A stretch of DNA of 64,000 nucleotides. It comes from Squalus acanthias (Eukaryota). Each line of letters begins with the position of its first letter. Positions within the stretch are counted from its first letter, which is position 1. Shown here piece after piece: positions 63,277 to 64,000 of the stretch. Under the pieces are notes generated by a model, which did no database searches, had not been told where the DNA came from, and was given only the letters and a program-made list of their open reading frames with translations. Both the position numbers and the translations under genes were made by a program. Where the stretch lies: contig CM059432.1 in assembly GCA_030390025.1 (NCBI GenBank), positions 87,298,001 through 87,362,000 of the forward strand. Direction: 5' to 3'.

Positions 63277-64000
63277 TGTAGAATTCGCAATATTATCGCG
63301 ATTTTATATAATAAGGAGGAGACACATAGTTTCGTACAAACAGCTTTATTTCAGCAGAATGCTGTCAGGTTGTCAAAGTGGACACAAGCAGCCTGTAAAA
63401 TGGCCGCCACGCCGCGTGGCAGAACGTTCTAGACTTTTCGATAAGCAGACAAGATGGCGTTCCAATAAACATTTGTGCGAGATCGGACAAGACTCAGCAC
63501 ATTTAAGATAATTCACAAGACATAATGGGTTTGCATTTTACACATAAATACTGGAATCGGTCTCCCAGGTGCGAATAAGGGCTATTGTACCAAGCGATCA
63601 AGAACCCATCCAAAGACATTAATATGCAAAATCCCCACGACTCTACGATGAGAGAGCCGTTTGCGGGTAGTTACAGAAACATCTGGAAGCCCCAAAACCC
63701 CTCTAGGGAGAATACTGACCGGTTACACAATGGGAGAAGTATTAACGGGTACTCAGGCAGTTACAAGTATCACCGAAACCCATTAAACGGAGATCACCCT
63801 ATACAAGAAGTTTGAGCGCCAAAACCCTGACAAAAGAAAGACATTAAGATTGGGCGGGAAAAGAGGAATTACAGCACTATAACTGTAAGGTACAACCGTC
63901 CATCTGTCTCTTGACTCCTTGCCGCTTACCTCGTGTCTCTGCCTCTTGCAGCTCTTGCTGTTTGACTTGCTGGAAGACTATTGAACTTTCTGATCCGCCA
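63277..64000 (-). mobile_element. Probable LTR of a further element inserted in the integrase (runs off the window)
   Basis: Integrase homology stops abruptly at a minus-strand ...TCTACA end with AATAAA about 70 nt upstream; YY1-like AAAATGGCCGCC and AAGATGGCG motifs. Confidence 0.5.

Overview
Vertebrate genomic DNA, almost certainly from a cartilaginous fish (shark-type HE1/V-SINEs, Deu-domain SINEs, CR1, L2 and Penelope families). The only host gene visible is junctophilin-1 (JPH1) on the minus strand: coding exon 1 (23489-23867), a 20.5-kb intron, and exon 2 (2186-2945). The gene continues off the left edge, and a 33-bp G-rich minisatellite lies just upstream of its ATG. The rest is a dense transposon landscape. 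It includes a near full-length CR1 LINE (intact esterase ORF1) nested in an L2, an apparently intact autonomous PIF/Harbinger transposon (transposase plus a 3-exon Myb/SANT gene, TIRs, CTA TSD), a second decayed Harbinger and several derivatives, and Penelope remnants carrying a minimal hammerhead ribozyme. At the right end is a nested cluster built on an env-bearing LTR retroelement (3' LTR, env, integrase). Its Env looks like an F-type class I fusion protein with an N-terminal Ig-like domain. This element was later invaded by a complete CsRn1-type Gypsy element, a Tx1-like fragment at a U2-snRNA-like site, a Penelope-type hairpin and another LTR. Repeat boundaries were read by eye and are approximate unless a TSD or TIR is quoted. 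Family names come from motif recognition, not database searches.
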